DNA of 63,136 nt, counting the filler, from Octopus bimaculoides (Eukaryota): assembly GCF_001194135.2 (NCBI RefSeq). It is 8 parts of 8 records of this genome, joined end to end, with 100 filler letters (N's around TTAATTAATTAA, not from the genome) between each part and the next. Parts side by side here need not be neighbours in the genome. Positions count along the whole stretch, not along the records: positions 1 to 7,468 come from NC_068996.1; positions 7,569 to 20,432 come from NW_026334161.1; 6 more parts are not named here. The stretch is one strand, 5' to 3'. This document shows positions 1 through 11,410 of the stretch, piece after piece. Position 1 is the first letter of the stretch, and every line of letters begins with the position of its first letter. The notes beneath the pieces were generated by a model. It worked only from the letters and a program-made list of their open reading frames with translations. It searched no databases and was not told where the DNA came from. The translations under genes and the position numbers were made by a program.

Positions 1-45
<45 letters not shown>

Positions 46-918
46 GAGCGTGTGTGTGTGTGTGTGTGTACTTGAAGATCTGATGTGCCCACATGGGACT
101 CTCTACGTACTTTCAAACAAGAATCAAAGTTGTTCGATGGACTGATATGGTAGAAGCACAATCTTGGAACGAATCTAGTTTCACAATTCTGTAGCCAGTA
201 GGTTACGATGTGTACCTGCTTTTCTATTCAAAACAAATGCATAAGGTTTTTGCAGTCGCAGTTTGCTCGGCTATTAAGTAGAAAATATGGAATTGCGACA
301 GTAAATCTCTCTCTTGCAACTGTGAGGATCTGCGAAAATTTTATAATTTCAGTTAAGAAACGAAAACACTGCGTAGTTTCTTTTGAGACTGTTTGCCAAT
401 TTGCTTGTCTATATAGTCTCTTTCTCTCTCACTCTCTCACTTTCACTCTCTCTCACTCTTTGAAAAATTATCAAGTTTATTTTCGAGTACAGTTCTAGTT
501 TTATCTATTTGCTCTTTACAATACATTATGTCATGACTTTTACTCTGGATATTAAATAAGACATCAGTAAAAGAAAAGATGTCACTGAACACTTCTAACA
601 AAAATAAGAAATCACTGGCTTGACAGACCAGTGAAGATAGAAGCTGTATCTAGCTCACTTTCCATTTTTTTTTTTTTTTTTCATATTTACTGATTAAATA
701 TACGAGTTCGTTGGTCACCCACCGTTTATAATTAATTGTTTTCAATCGAAGTCTCTTTTCGAAAAATTATTTCTCAAAATATCGTTTATAACACACATAT
801 CACTCATTTCGAAAAAAGTAACACACGTGTAAGCATCTGTGTAAATTGTAAGTAAATTTAAAAAAAGAAAGAACAATGGAAAAATAACGTTAGTCAAAGT
901 AAATATTTTTGTTTTCAG

Positions 919-1115
919 AACACTCCAAAAATATAATAGTGCAAACAGATGTTTTGGATAAACAATTCAAACTTACCGCCAGGCTGTTCCAAGAATTATG
1001 GCTAATTATAGCAGTTCTTGAGAACTGCTCTAGTTCCGGTCAAAAAGTAGAACCAGCTAACAAAGAGATAGAGAGATGGGCTCATGCTATTATCAGAAAG
1101 CATTACTTCCTATGA
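919..1115 (+). other. Candidate terminal exon or TE-derived ORF, product unknown
   Basis: Acceptor-like TTTTTGTTTTCAG ends at 918 and is followed by a 65-codon open frame (EHSKNIIVQTDVLDKQFKLTARLFQELW...RWAHAIIRKHYFL*). No homology recognised. Confidence 0.15.
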
Positions 1116-1456
1116 TAAATTTGTGGAATCACTGACAGAGAGAGGAAGGGGTACAAAATATATATGCTATCGGTCTTGGCATATCTTTTGACAGGTCACT
1201 AAGAGAGAGAGAGAGAGAGAGGAAGGAAGGACAAACTGACATAGATAGGGAGTTAGGGAGTGTCTATATGCGGGATTCTCAATGCATGCCTTCTCAAAGC
1301 TAGTACTAGTCACTTAGAGAGGGGAAGGGGACAGAATATTTCGAAAACAACTGGACGGATTTTTCTTTGCAAGAAAGTAACTATTTTATCTAATTTTCCG
1401 ATGATATAACAGAGCATGCAGCGCATAGCTTGCATGCCTGAGATTGCACGCCCCTG

Positions 1457-1493
<37 letters not shown>

Positions 1494-2025
1494 AATGTGT
1501 GTGTATGTATATATGTAAATATGTACATGTGTGTGTGTATGCATGTATTTATTTATGTCTCTATGCGTGCGTGTGCAATAAGTATAATAATTATGGAAAT
1601 ATATGATATACAAAATTAATTCGATACAATTCGATACAAAATTAAATTCAAATGCAGAAAAATCGCTAAACGTGCTTATGAAAGAGTTAGGTTAGAAATG
1701 TTTTCGAGATTCATAACATGTATTTTCAAACAGTTATTTTCAAGATTTGGGTAAGTTAGAGCGAGGCACTTCGAGACGGAATAGGTGGAAATCATAGGCA
1801 CGTGAGAGGGAGAGCTAAGTGATAGGAACAGTAGAATTGTATGGAAGGACAGACAATATCTTTCAGTGGGGGAATTTGAATAGACGGTGTAGGTAATACG
1901 TGTTGACAAATTAGTATCTGAGAATAATAAGACGTGTGTTCTGTGTGTCTGTAAAAGATGATGTGTGTAATCTTACACCATTTCACATTCGGTAGGAGAA
2001 TAATTTTAATCAATGTAGAATAAGT

Positions 2026-2170
2026 GTATGATGTCAACTTAATGTGACAGCCCCGTGAAGGGAATAATACTACCGTTGTTGAGACCTAGGAAGCGGTGCA
2101 GGTTCCTAGGTCTAACCAGCAGTAGTATTATTCTCTTCTGGGGGACTGTCACATTAAGTTGACAGCATAC
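2026..2170. mobile_element. Palindromic foldback / MITE-like element
   Basis: Left arm GTATGATGTCAACTTAATGTGACAG...GAGACCTAGGAA pairs with right arm TTCCTAGGTC...CTGTCACATTAAGTTGACAGCATAC. Arms are about 67 bp around a loop of about 10 nt. Confidence 0.75.
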
Positions 2171-2675
2171 AAATACTTCATCGTATAAATCTCTGAGAGA
2201 TTTAGAAATGTATTATTTTCAATGTAGAATAGTTTTAATCAAAACGGAATAATTCCATTCAAAATGGGAATATAATAAATGAGAATAAAATATACAGTGT
2301 TTTTGCTAATTTATTATTTGTATATCACTAACAACAAACAGATATTTGCGTTATCACATACTATATGACATGCTTTTTGGAAATAAATAATTAAAAAAAT
2401 TAATAAACTTAGTGAATAAATTGACAATGACTGGAATGATATAACGCAGAAACCTATTTATTACTGATGATATATAAGTAACAGGCAAAGTAGCTGGTTA
2501 AGAAAGCCGTATGCTGAGAAGTAATGTTTATCAGTATGGCCGTTCGACGTTATTATCGTTTTTTACCTCAGAAGAAAGCCCCTCCGGCTGGATATCGATG
2601 CAATCTGCACCCGGTATATATTGCAAGCAAGCGAGCGAAACCTTACCATCATCTAGCAGACGACGGGATCATCAG

Positions 2676-2715
2676 ACTAAACGGTTTCGGGTTATTTGGG
2701 CCCATCGTCAGTAGT
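2676..2715 (-). ncRNA. Minimal type I hammerhead ribozyme motif
   Basis: Minus strand reads ACUA CUGACGA U GGG-CCCAAAUAA-CCC GAAAC C GUU UAGU. Core intact, stem I ACUA/UAGU, stem II 3 bp, stem III minimal. Confidence 0.7.
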
Positions 2716-2986
2716 GAACACCAGGCTGTTAGAGATAACAGGAATTCGCTCTAGCGCGCAATTGCATCGATAACAAGCTGGAGGAGGCTGTTCCTGGGGT
2801 TAAAAACGGCATTAACGTCGAACAGCCATATTGATGTGGTGATAAACATTACTTCTTGGTATAGTTACTACTTACATATCTTAGATATTTTCTACCTAGC
2901 TACTTTTCTTGTGGAAGATCAGTGGCTGATTGTCGCTTAGTTTCTATATATTGTGAACTACTGCTACCTCTTGCGACCGAGTATTT

Positions 2987-3027
2987 CCCACTGAAGATGG
3001 GCACAAATAGCCCGAAACCATTCGGAG
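2987..3027 (+). ncRNA. Hammerhead ribozyme motif with degenerate 3' side
   Basis: CCCA CUGAAGA U GGGC-ACAAAUA-GCCC GAAAC CAUUCGGAG. Core and stem II are intact; stem I/III pairing is lost. Paralogue of 2676-2715. Confidence 0.55.
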
Positions 3028-3619
3028 TTGTGACCCTGTCGTCTGCAAGAAGATGGTAGGGGTTCGCTCTCCTACTTGCAATATATACCGGGTGCATTTT
3101 GCATCGATAACCAGATGGAAGAGGCTCTTGAGTCAGATCTAGCCTTTCACACCAACCAACCCTACAATATAGTTCTAAATGCTAACAGTCACATCATCAA
3201 ATCTCAAAACTATGACATAGTGCATGATTAATTCAAAACAATGTGAATAAACAAGCATTACACTTGTCAGAATAATCTGAATGTTAAAGAGTTAAGATTA
3301 ATTATTGGGGTTGATTGCAGTATAATGATTGGAGCAAGTAAATGAATAAAAGAGGAGAATGCTGATGTGTATATTTTCAATGTACAAATGTTCGTTACTA
3401 AATGTAGAATTGTCGGTTGGAGTTGCTATCATCGTCATACAATTTCTTGTGAAGTAATACTGAATTGTGTGTGTTTGTTTTTTCCAGGTGGTTAAGTTCA
3501 TCACTGTTAAGAGAACTACGTTCAAGGCAGTGTTCCGGCATAGCCACGTTTCAATGACTGAAGAAGAAAAAAAAACAATGGAATAAAAGCATTTTGAAGA
3601 TGATGATTATAAGGAAAAT

Positions 3620-4660
3620 ATTTTCGTTATTAATACATCTGCTGTGAACACCCCAAACCGTGGTAGTCTTGAGATACCATATTTGGTGCGTTGCCACGCT
3701 TTGAGACTGTCGCACCTACAGAAATATCTAAATCACTGCGATGATGTGGACGAAGAAGAAAATTAGGGTGAATAAGGGCGCCTTTCGTGCGACACGTCTT
3801 TCCGCAGCTCATCTCATTGACAGAGCTGCAGTCATGGGTCAAACGCAGACCAAAGTTGGGCGCTTAGCATCTAGAGTGTTACCGGGCACTGCCCAAAACT
3901 GTTAGCGGGAAAACAACCCAAGATTTCTATAGGGGGCTAGTTAAGGGTATGAGTGATGATGGCCTAGGATTGAATTTAAGCATCGATGAGAACAATCTGT
4001 GTAGTCTTTTCCGGAGGACCTTCGGGTCGAAGGTCATGGACAATTTTCAAATGTCTTTGGCTTGGCAATGTTTAAGAGGGGTATTGCCCGTTTGAGACAA
4101 GCTCTTCAGGGACGGAAGTGTCAACACTCGAACTTGCCCGAGATGTTTGCAGGGGCACGAAACCGTCCTGCATGCAATAATCCAGTGTCCGTGCATTAGA
4201 GCGTTGTGAGATTGTGTGGAGCAGCTGTTGTCACGTGTAAGACGAATTCAGCTGCCTGTTGAGTGTATAGTGAACATCGACGCACCACCTTCAAGGAAGG
4301 CAGATCTTTCTCTGCTTCGTCGCTGTAATAAAAGAGGTTGTGTGGTGGACCCGTCTGAAAGGTTTGAAGACAGGCACTTTCCTATCTGGTCAAGCCCTCA
4401 TCCGTTTCTTCAAATAACATTTAAACAGGTAGGTGAAGGTAAAGAAGGAGGTCCTGCCTTCTTGTGTGTTTATCGAAAGGTGATCAACAGTGGCAAGACT
4501 GGTGAGACTGAATGGATCGACTCTGAATATGCTTTTCTAAGCTTGAGAAAATAAACTAAAAGAGGGCCCTTTCTCATGCCTTGGGGATGATGGAGCAATC
4601 CAGGAATTTTGTGTGGGTTTATCCTGGATTACCCTAAGTGGGGATTCTCTTTATTTATCA
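3620..4660 (+). mobile_element. L1/Tx1-like LINE, decayed ORF2 C-terminus and 3' UTR
   Basis: Manual translation across frameshifts gives RGSLEIPYLVRCHALRLSHLQKYLN, then zf-RVT-like WQCLRGVLPV*DKLF...TCPRCLQGHETVLHAIIQCP, then EQLLSRVRRIQL (ORF 4216-4554). Confidence 0.75.
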
Positions 4661-4679
4661 TTTATTTCTCTACTCTCTA

Positions 4680-4695
4680 TTCATCATCATCATCA

Positions 4696-4752
<57 letters not shown>
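4680..4752. repeat. (TCA)n/(TTA)n microsatellite at the 3' end of an R4/Dong-like LINE
   Basis: Direct reading of the sequence. Confidence 0.95.
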
Positions 4753-4753
<1 letters not shown>

Positions 4754-5620
4754 TTGAATCAACCTCATTGCTTATTTTGCTAGGTATGATGGAAAGTGTC
4801 AACTGTCCACAGCCAGCAGACTAAGGTGACACATGTTTACTGGTCATGCTTCAAGAAACCTGCAAAGAAATTCTTGCAGCTCGAAGCAATGCTGAATTTT
4901 GTAGGTGTTCTATCTTTACACTTGCACCAATCATTTCCAACCATGTTGGTAGTTGAGTGCTGATACTTCTAAGTGCACCAATTACTATTGGTATCACGTC
5001 GACTCTCTTCATTGACCACAACCTTTGCATTTCCCACTTCAAACCGTCATAGTTGTTTATTTTTCTTCTTTCACATTGACCCTGTTGTCATCGAGGCATG
5101 CTATATCGATTATCATGCATGTTCATTCTTTTTTATTCACCACATCAATGTCCAGTTTGCGATCTCTGCTCACGTGATCGCACTGGATCATTGCATTCCA
5201 CAGGATTTTGCAATTCTCATTTTCGGTGACTCCTTCTGGGGTTTACTGATACCACGTCTTTGCTCTTTGTAGTCCGTGATTTCCACAGAGTTCCGAATGG
5301 GTCATTCTTGCCACATTGTCATGGCGTATTTTTTATTCGCGTTGTGCCGATTTCGGGTATTCGCTAACGATGTGCTATAGCGTTTCACCCCTCTAACCAC
5401 ACATTCCGCATTTGTCGCTTTCGGGATTGTTGTTTATTCTGCACTTCATATAGCTGGTCCTTAACGCTTGTTCTTGAGCTGCGCATATGTTTGCTTCTGC
5501 CACTATCTTTAGGTAACTCCTTCTCATCCATAGCCACTGTTCCTGTGTATCTGTCATGGCGTTCATATCTTTCGCAAACTGACCACACATTTTCTTTTCC
5601 TTCCATGATTTTTCTTTTTC
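4753..5620 (-). mobile_element. R4/Dong-like RLE LINE 3' portion (family B), 5'-truncated
   Basis: ORF fragments WLWMRRSYLK...AAQEQALRTSY...DKCGMCG (CCHC region) and WEMQRLWSMKRVDVIPIVIGAL...LQNSALLRAARI (RLE C-terminus). The 3' end abuts (TAA)n. Confidence 0.85.
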
Positions 5621-6965
5621 AAGCACTGGAGATAGTTTGTGTTATCACCAGTTTTTATCATGGGGTAGGTCCAGGTCTTTGCAAATTACCAAGTGAAAAT
5701 ATTGTGCTGCTCTATCGTATTTGTTGAGATACTCTGTAGGCGCAAGAAGACTGCACATGGAGACAGCATGATCAATGGTTTCATTTCGTTGTTTACATAC
5801 ATGACATATTGGGATAATGCCGTTCTTTAATATGTTGGCCTGGTAGCTCCTTGTTGGTAGGCATTGATCTTGGTCTGCTATGATAAACCCATCTGTTACT
5901 GATTTTAAGCCAGAAGACACTAACCATTGACAGGTAAGAGCTTTTTCAATATCGGTACTATTAGCTCTCTATGGGTATCTCCCATTGAGAGGCTTCTCTT
6001 GCCGTTTATCAGTAAGAATATCTAAGGCAGCAGTTTTAGGAGGATTTTTCATACGTTTAGCTTTTTCTAAGCTTGTTTCCAATACGTCTGATTCTGGGAT
6101 TTGTTGTATTTGGAATTCACTTAGATATTCCTTTGCCTATTTTGTTACTGAGTATGATACTTTCTTGTTTTGATGTTTTGAGACAAGTATTAACATCCAG
6201 TCATCTGAGTTTTACAAGTAGGTGTTTAGGCCAATTGTGGCAATCTTCATTGTTAATTCTAGTTGTAAAAGTCCATGGCCAATCTCTTTTGTTGGCAGCT
6301 AAACTCGTTCTTCATCTGCCTTAGAGTGGTGCATTCTATGTACTGTCAACAATTTTCATATTTTTCTGTCAAGATTACATATTTCAGTAATTGACCTGTT
6401 AATGATATTGAAACTATAAGTCACGACCGGCATGTCTAAAGTACTGAAAACTTGAATCCTGATTCTTGCATTCAGCTGTCTTGAATATTGCCCTTATCCC
6501 GTGATAACGTTCTCTTCTGATCCTTTCCCTCATCATTGAATGTTTGGTTCCATCACCTTCAAATACCCCTAGGTATTTGTAGCCATCCGTTGGTTCTAAC
6601 ACTTTTATGACATTCTGCTGGTCACGATTAACGTTGGAAATTTCTGTTATTTTTCTTTTCATAAGGGTAGCTTTTGCACATTTATCGAGGCCAAATTGCA
6701 TCCTGATGTCATCACTGAATCGTTTAACAATCTCTAATAAGCCCTGGAGTTGTTGGTCATTTTTTGCAAAGAGCTTTAAATCATTCATGTAACAGATTCA
6801 TTGTCACTGTTCTAAGTCAGTGTGTTTCTCCATGATCTCATACTTACAGACAAAAAGTTTCGCAGAGTAGGTGCTATTTTATACATTTCCATACATTTCT
6901 TAATCCAGCTATGTGGTAGAGTATCAAAAGCATTTTTATAGTCTACCCAGGCTATCGACAAGTTT
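5621..6965 (-). mobile_element. R4/Dong-like LINE fragment (family A), RT and CCHC region, internally deleted
   Basis: NLSIAWVDYKNAFDTLPHSWI (RT), MNDLKLFAK...FGLDKCAK...YKYLG (YMDD-region remnant) and GFIIADQDQCL...CHVC...ETIDHAVSMC. Confidence 0.85.
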
Positions 6966-6989
6966 AATATTGTTATTATTATTATGATT

Positions 6990-7180
6990 GTCAGCACGCT
7001 GGGCAAAATACTTAGCGGCGTTTCGCCCGTCGTTAGCGACTGAGTTCATATTCTGCCGAGGGTGACTTTGCCTTTCATCCTTTCAGGGTCGATAAATCAA
7101 GTACAAGTTGAGTTTCTGGGCTCAATGTGATCAACAAGCCCACTCCCCCAAAATTTCAGACGTTGTACCTTTATTAGAAA
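6990..7180 (+). mobile_element. tRNA-derived SINE family B fragment
   Basis: Contains ...GACTTTGCCTTTCATCCTTTC.GGGTCGATAAA..AAGTAC, shared with many other copies in the window. Confidence 0.75.
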
Positions 7181-7184
7181 TAAT

Positions 7185-7221
7185 AATTATTATTATTGTT
7201 ATTATAATTATTTTTATTAGT

Positions 7222-7298
<77 letters not shown>

Positions 7299-7315
7299 TA
7301 TTATTATTATTGTTC
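7185..7315. repeat. (ATT)n/(ATC)n microsatellite
   Basis: Direct reading of the sequence. Confidence 0.95.
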
Positions 7316-7468
7316 AGTAGTTTTATTTTTATAACGTGCTTTCACTTCACTACCGAGCGCAGCTCTGTGTGCCTTGGGTATGTGCTGTGGTTTGCTGTGG
7401 TGCTCTTATGGTTACTGTATTGAAAGTGTTTTGCATATGATGTGTGCAGTGCCCAGTAGTGCAGTTTT
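7316..7468 (-). mobile_element. R4/Dong-like LINE extreme 3' end
   Basis: Minus strand encodes KTALLGTAHIICKTLSIQ*, followed by a 3' UTR and TAA repeats. Confidence 0.7.
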
Positions 7469-7914
7469 NNNNNNNNNNNNNNNNNNNNNNNNNNNNNNNN
7501 NNNNNNNNNNNNTTAATTAATTAANNNNNNNNNNNNNNNNNNNNNNNNNNNNNNNNNNNNNNNNNNNNAGAACAGTGCCGTTTGACCTTTGGAAGCACCA
7601 AGAGGTCAGCCTGTGTTTAGTGTAACACAACTAAGGCCGGTAATTCATCCTTCGTAAATGGCTTCCTTCCGACAGAGGTCGCTGCATTCTGCATCACCTG
7701 ACAAACGGAGCTGGGCTGTGTATTGTAAACGTATCTATATATATGTGTGTGTGTGTGCACGTATGTGTGTGTGTGTGCGTGTGTGTGTGTTTTACGGCTT
7801 TCTGGTTCTGTGAAGTTCCGATGCAAAGTGGGAGGTGGTGGTAGTGGGTGTGGGGACTGTAGGTGGCGGGAGGAGGATGATTCAGAGACAGAGTGTGTGA
7901 CAGTCCATTACGAC

Positions 7915-7948
<34 letters not shown>

Positions 7949-8082
7949 GTGTGTGTGTGTGTATATATATGTATGTATGTATATGCATGCGTATATATGT
8001 ACTGCATTCATTTCTCTGATATATGTGTGTACATACACGGAGATGCACAACATCAGAAATACTTACACATTGCCATATATAT

Positions 8083-8125
<43 letters not shown>

Positions 8126-8767
8126 NNNNNNNNNNNNNNNNNNNNNNNNNNNNNNNNNNNNNNNNNNNNNNNNNNNNNNNNNNNNNNNNNNNNNNNNNNN
8201 NNNNNNNNNNNNNNNNNNNNNNNNNNNNNNNNNNNNNNNNNNNNNNNNNNNNNNNNNNNNNNNNNNNNNNNNNNNNNNNNNNNNNNNNNNNNNNNNNNNN
8301 NNNNNNNNNNNNNNNNNNNNNNNNNNNNNNNNNNNNNNNNNNNNNNNNNNNNNNNNNNNNNNNNNNNNNNNNNNNNNNNNNNNNNNNNNNNNNNNNNNNN
8401 NNNNNNNNNNNNNNNNNNNNNNNNNNNNNNNNNNNNNNNNNNNNNNNNNNNNNNNNNNNNNNNNNNNNNNNNNNNNNNNNNNNNNNNNNNNNNNNNNNNN
8501 NNNNNGCGAGTCCGTTGCTCTAACCACTGGGCCATTGCGCCTCCACTATACGTATATATATTATATGAGTATGCCTATATCTTGTTAATAAATAATATTG
8601 ATGTGTGTGATCGTATACACGCATATAATAGATACGTCTTTACATACATTCACACATACATACATACATACATACATACATACATACATCTGCGGATGTA
8701 TGTAAGCATCTAAACACACATAATCATATATAGATACACATACATATATATGTATGTAAATATCTAT

Positions 8768-9070
8768 GTATGTACGGCATTGTTCAGTTTTGTTTCAAGA
8801 TTTCTTGCCAATAAAGAGCCGGTTTCGAACCTAGATTCAAGGTTCCATTATTGGAATTCCAACATCAACTGCAAGGTATTTTTGTATGTATGTGTGCAGA
8901 TTTGTACGTTTCGTTTTATGTATGAATTCTCATGCTCGTATATATTTAGATGATAAACTTCTGGAAAGTTTTACAGATCTTTACAGTTCCAGTAAAGGAT
9001 TGGATCTGTAATCTTCGAATTAGCTTTCCCCTTTCTGGTCTTGAGAAGCTTAATTTCTCAAGACTGGTAT
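8768..9070 (+). repeat. Unclassified dispersed repeat (other copies about 47307-47700 +, 59330-59465 -)
   Basis: Shared TGTTCAGTTTT.TTTCAAGATTTCTTGCC.ATA...GAGCCGGTTTC.AACCTAGATTCAA and GATAAACTTCTGGAAAGT...GAATTAGCTTT blocks. Confidence 0.7.
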
Positions 9071-9512
9071 TTAGGCAGGGGTTTTTTGAGGATGTTGCCG
9101 AAGAGTTTTAATCCAACAAATCAAACCCGGGACTTATTCTTTGTATGCCTAGTACTTATTCTATCAGTCTATTTTGCCGAAGTGCAAAGTTGCGGGTACA
9201 TAAACACAACATCGGCTGTCAAGCAATGGTGGGGGGTTTAAACACAGACACAAATAGATACATAGGTAGGTAGATAGATAGATAGATAGATAGATACAAT
9301 ACTTACCAACATGCATATATATTTACAAAGATATCAGCGTGTGTAAATATGTGTATGCGTGTGTATATGCGTTACTACTATTATAGTTAGATGGTAGGAA
9401 ACAAACACGGCTAACATACGAGCTTCAAGGTTCGCATACATGATATTCCGCTTCCTTTCACCTAATGGCATTTAGCAACTTATGGCTGTCCTCCATTATT
9501 CATACATGTGTG

Positions 9513-9552
<40 letters not shown>

Positions 9553-9700
9553 CACACATGTATAGATGTGTGTCTTTGCTTGCATATAATGGGTACTTTG
9601 CTCAAATTTTATTTCGTTTCTTTAGCGTATCTCTTTATTGCTTTGCAGTTTATTTAGGCATTCTACATACATAGGTGTGTGTATATGTATATTATATAAA

Positions 9701-9762
<62 letters not shown>

Positions 9763-10425
9763 TATTACGTATGTGTCTGTGTGTCGTTACGAACTCTTTT
9801 ATGCAATATATTTTTTAATAAACCTTTCCGTTTTCGGCAGCCAAATACTTGTCAGGATTAAACATAAAGAAGGGAAAAAAATTCGTTCCAGTTTCCGGCA
9901 GATTAGATTCAACTACACAAATAGTTCTTTTTTTTTTTTTCGTGTTTCTTTGTCTTTTTGTCTTTTTTTTTTTCTTGATGGTGGTAATGGCGATATCGTA
10001 GTTTTTGTTGTTGTTGTTGTTGTTGTTTGAGCTCCAGGTCAGTCTCGATACTGTAGACGTGTACTCAAACGTTTTGCGTTTGTCTTTTTATTCCATTTGT
10101 GACCACCCTGTCGGTTATTGAGGCACAGTTCATCTTGGTCTACATTATCTAATGTGCCCTTGTTATCCAAGCCCAGTTCACTCCTGTTCAAGCAGACCTA
10201 TGCTATGATCAAATGCGTTCCAACTGTGACCCCTAAATGTTAAGTACTCAAATGGTCGGTTTGATTTTCTCTCTGTGCACAACCGGAATATCCTGATTGA
10301 AGCTTACCAACCATAGGCCGGAACCACAGGTTTATCCAACCCTACCCGCTGCATATCTTTTCAAGTACCTGAGTCTATCCGAATCGTTATTTTAGTGTAT
10401 ATATATATATATACATATATATATA

Positions 10426-10625
10426 GTCAATTCAAATATGAACAAGCAAGAAAAAACACGAAAAAACAACAACGCGTGGACATGGAATAAGTATAGTGCC
10501 ATTGGACGCTCAGGAAAGAAAAGAAAGAGGATTTAACGTTTCGAGCGGATCTCTTCGTCAGAAATATAGGAAAAGTCCAAAGAAGGGAAGAGAGAGAAAG
10601 AAAATCGCCAACGATGCACACGTGA
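10426..10625 (-). repeat. Short hammerhead-bearing repeat (PLE-terminal / retrozyme-like)
   Basis: Surrounds the HHR at 10531-10565. Shares AACAAC...GGAC, GACGCTC.GGAA and ACGTTTCGAGC...CTCTTC blocks with 11283-11470. Confidence 0.55.
10531..10565 (-). ncRNA. Minimal type I hammerhead ribozyme, intact core
   Basis: Minus strand reads AUUU CUGACGA A GAG-AUCCG-CUC GAAAC GUU AAAU. Stem I AUUU/AAAU, stem II GAG/CUC, palindromic stem III (AACGUU) typical of dimer-type minimal HHRs. Confidence 0.8.
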
Positions 10626-10668
10626 TCACACACACACACACACACGCACACACACACACACACACACA

Positions 10669-11062
10669 TAGGCACAGGAGTGTCTGTGTGGTATGTAGCT
10701 TGCTTACCAACCACATGGTTCCGGGTTCAGTCCCACTACGTATCACCTTGGGTAATTGTCTTCTATTATAGCTTTGGGTCGACTAAAGCCATGTGCATGG
10801 ATTTGGCAGACAGAAACTAAAAGAAGCCCGTCGTATATATGTATGCACATGCTTGTGTGTCAGTTTGTCCCATTTCCCCCAACATCGCTTCACAACCGAT
10901 GCTGGTGTGTTTGCGTCCCCGTAACTTAGCGGTTCGGCAAAAGAGCGACCGATAGAATAAGTACTAGGCATACAAAGAATAAGCCCTGAGGTCGATTTGC
11001 TCGACTAAAAGCGGTGCTCCAGCATGGGCGCAGTCAAATGACTAAAACAAATAAAAGAATAT
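10669..11062 (+). mobile_element. Full-length tRNA-derived SINE family A
   Basis: Head GGCACAGGAGTGTCTGTGTGG...GGTTCAGTCCC, central (TA/TG)n, body GTAACTTAGCGGTTCGGCAAAAGAG and tail GCGGTGCTCCAGCATGG.CGCAGTCAAATGACT. Several copies are present. Confidence 0.85.
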
Positions 11063-11076
11063 AAATGTATGCGTGT

Positions 11077-11113
<37 letters not shown>

Positions 11114-11375
11114 NNNNNNNNNNNNNNNNNNNNNNNNNNNNNNNNNNNNNNNNNNNNNNNNNNNNNNNNNNNNNNNNNNNNNNNNNNNNNNNNNNNNNNN
11201 NNNNNNNNNNNNNNNNNNNNNNNNNNNNNNNNNNNNNNNNNNNNNNNNNNNNNNNNNNNNNNNNNNNNNNNNNNNNNNNNNNATGGGAGAATATACAAAT
11301 AATAACAACAGACGAGGACAGGTGGTGTAAATAACAAAAGTATATATTAGTATGACGCTCGGGAATACGGAAAGT

Positions 11376-11410
11376 CTTTGACGTTTCGAGCTACGCTCTT
11401 CAACAGAAAG
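11376..11410 (-). ncRNA. Minimal hammerhead motif with one core substitution (A6U)
   Basis: CUUU CUGUUGA A GAGC-GUA-GCUC GAAAC GUC AAAG. Stems I and II pair perfectly. Confidence 0.65.

Larger units (their letters stand above)
2517..3127. repeat. Nested inverted-repeat complex carrying two hammerhead motifs (PLE-terminal-like repeat)
   Basis: 2517-2604 is inverted at 2761-2856, and about 2575-2750 is inverted at about 2950-3127. Each long arm carries CTGANGA-stem-GAAAC. Confidence 0.75.

Noticed and set aside
1400-1457. CAGGGGCGTGC hAT-like terminus on the minus strand (and CAGTGGTTCTCA near 50029)
   Set aside because: I found no matching second TIR or TSD.
7513-7524. TTAATTAATTAA centred in N runs (also near 20477, 29016, 32008, 44514, 49126 and 58089)
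   Set aside because: An identical 12-mer in the middle of gaps, with stops in all frames, is an assembly filler and not biology.
7569-7740. Unique-looking segment with EQCRLTFG in one frame
   Set aside because: The match is too short, the frame soon stops and the left side is a gap, so no exon can be supported.
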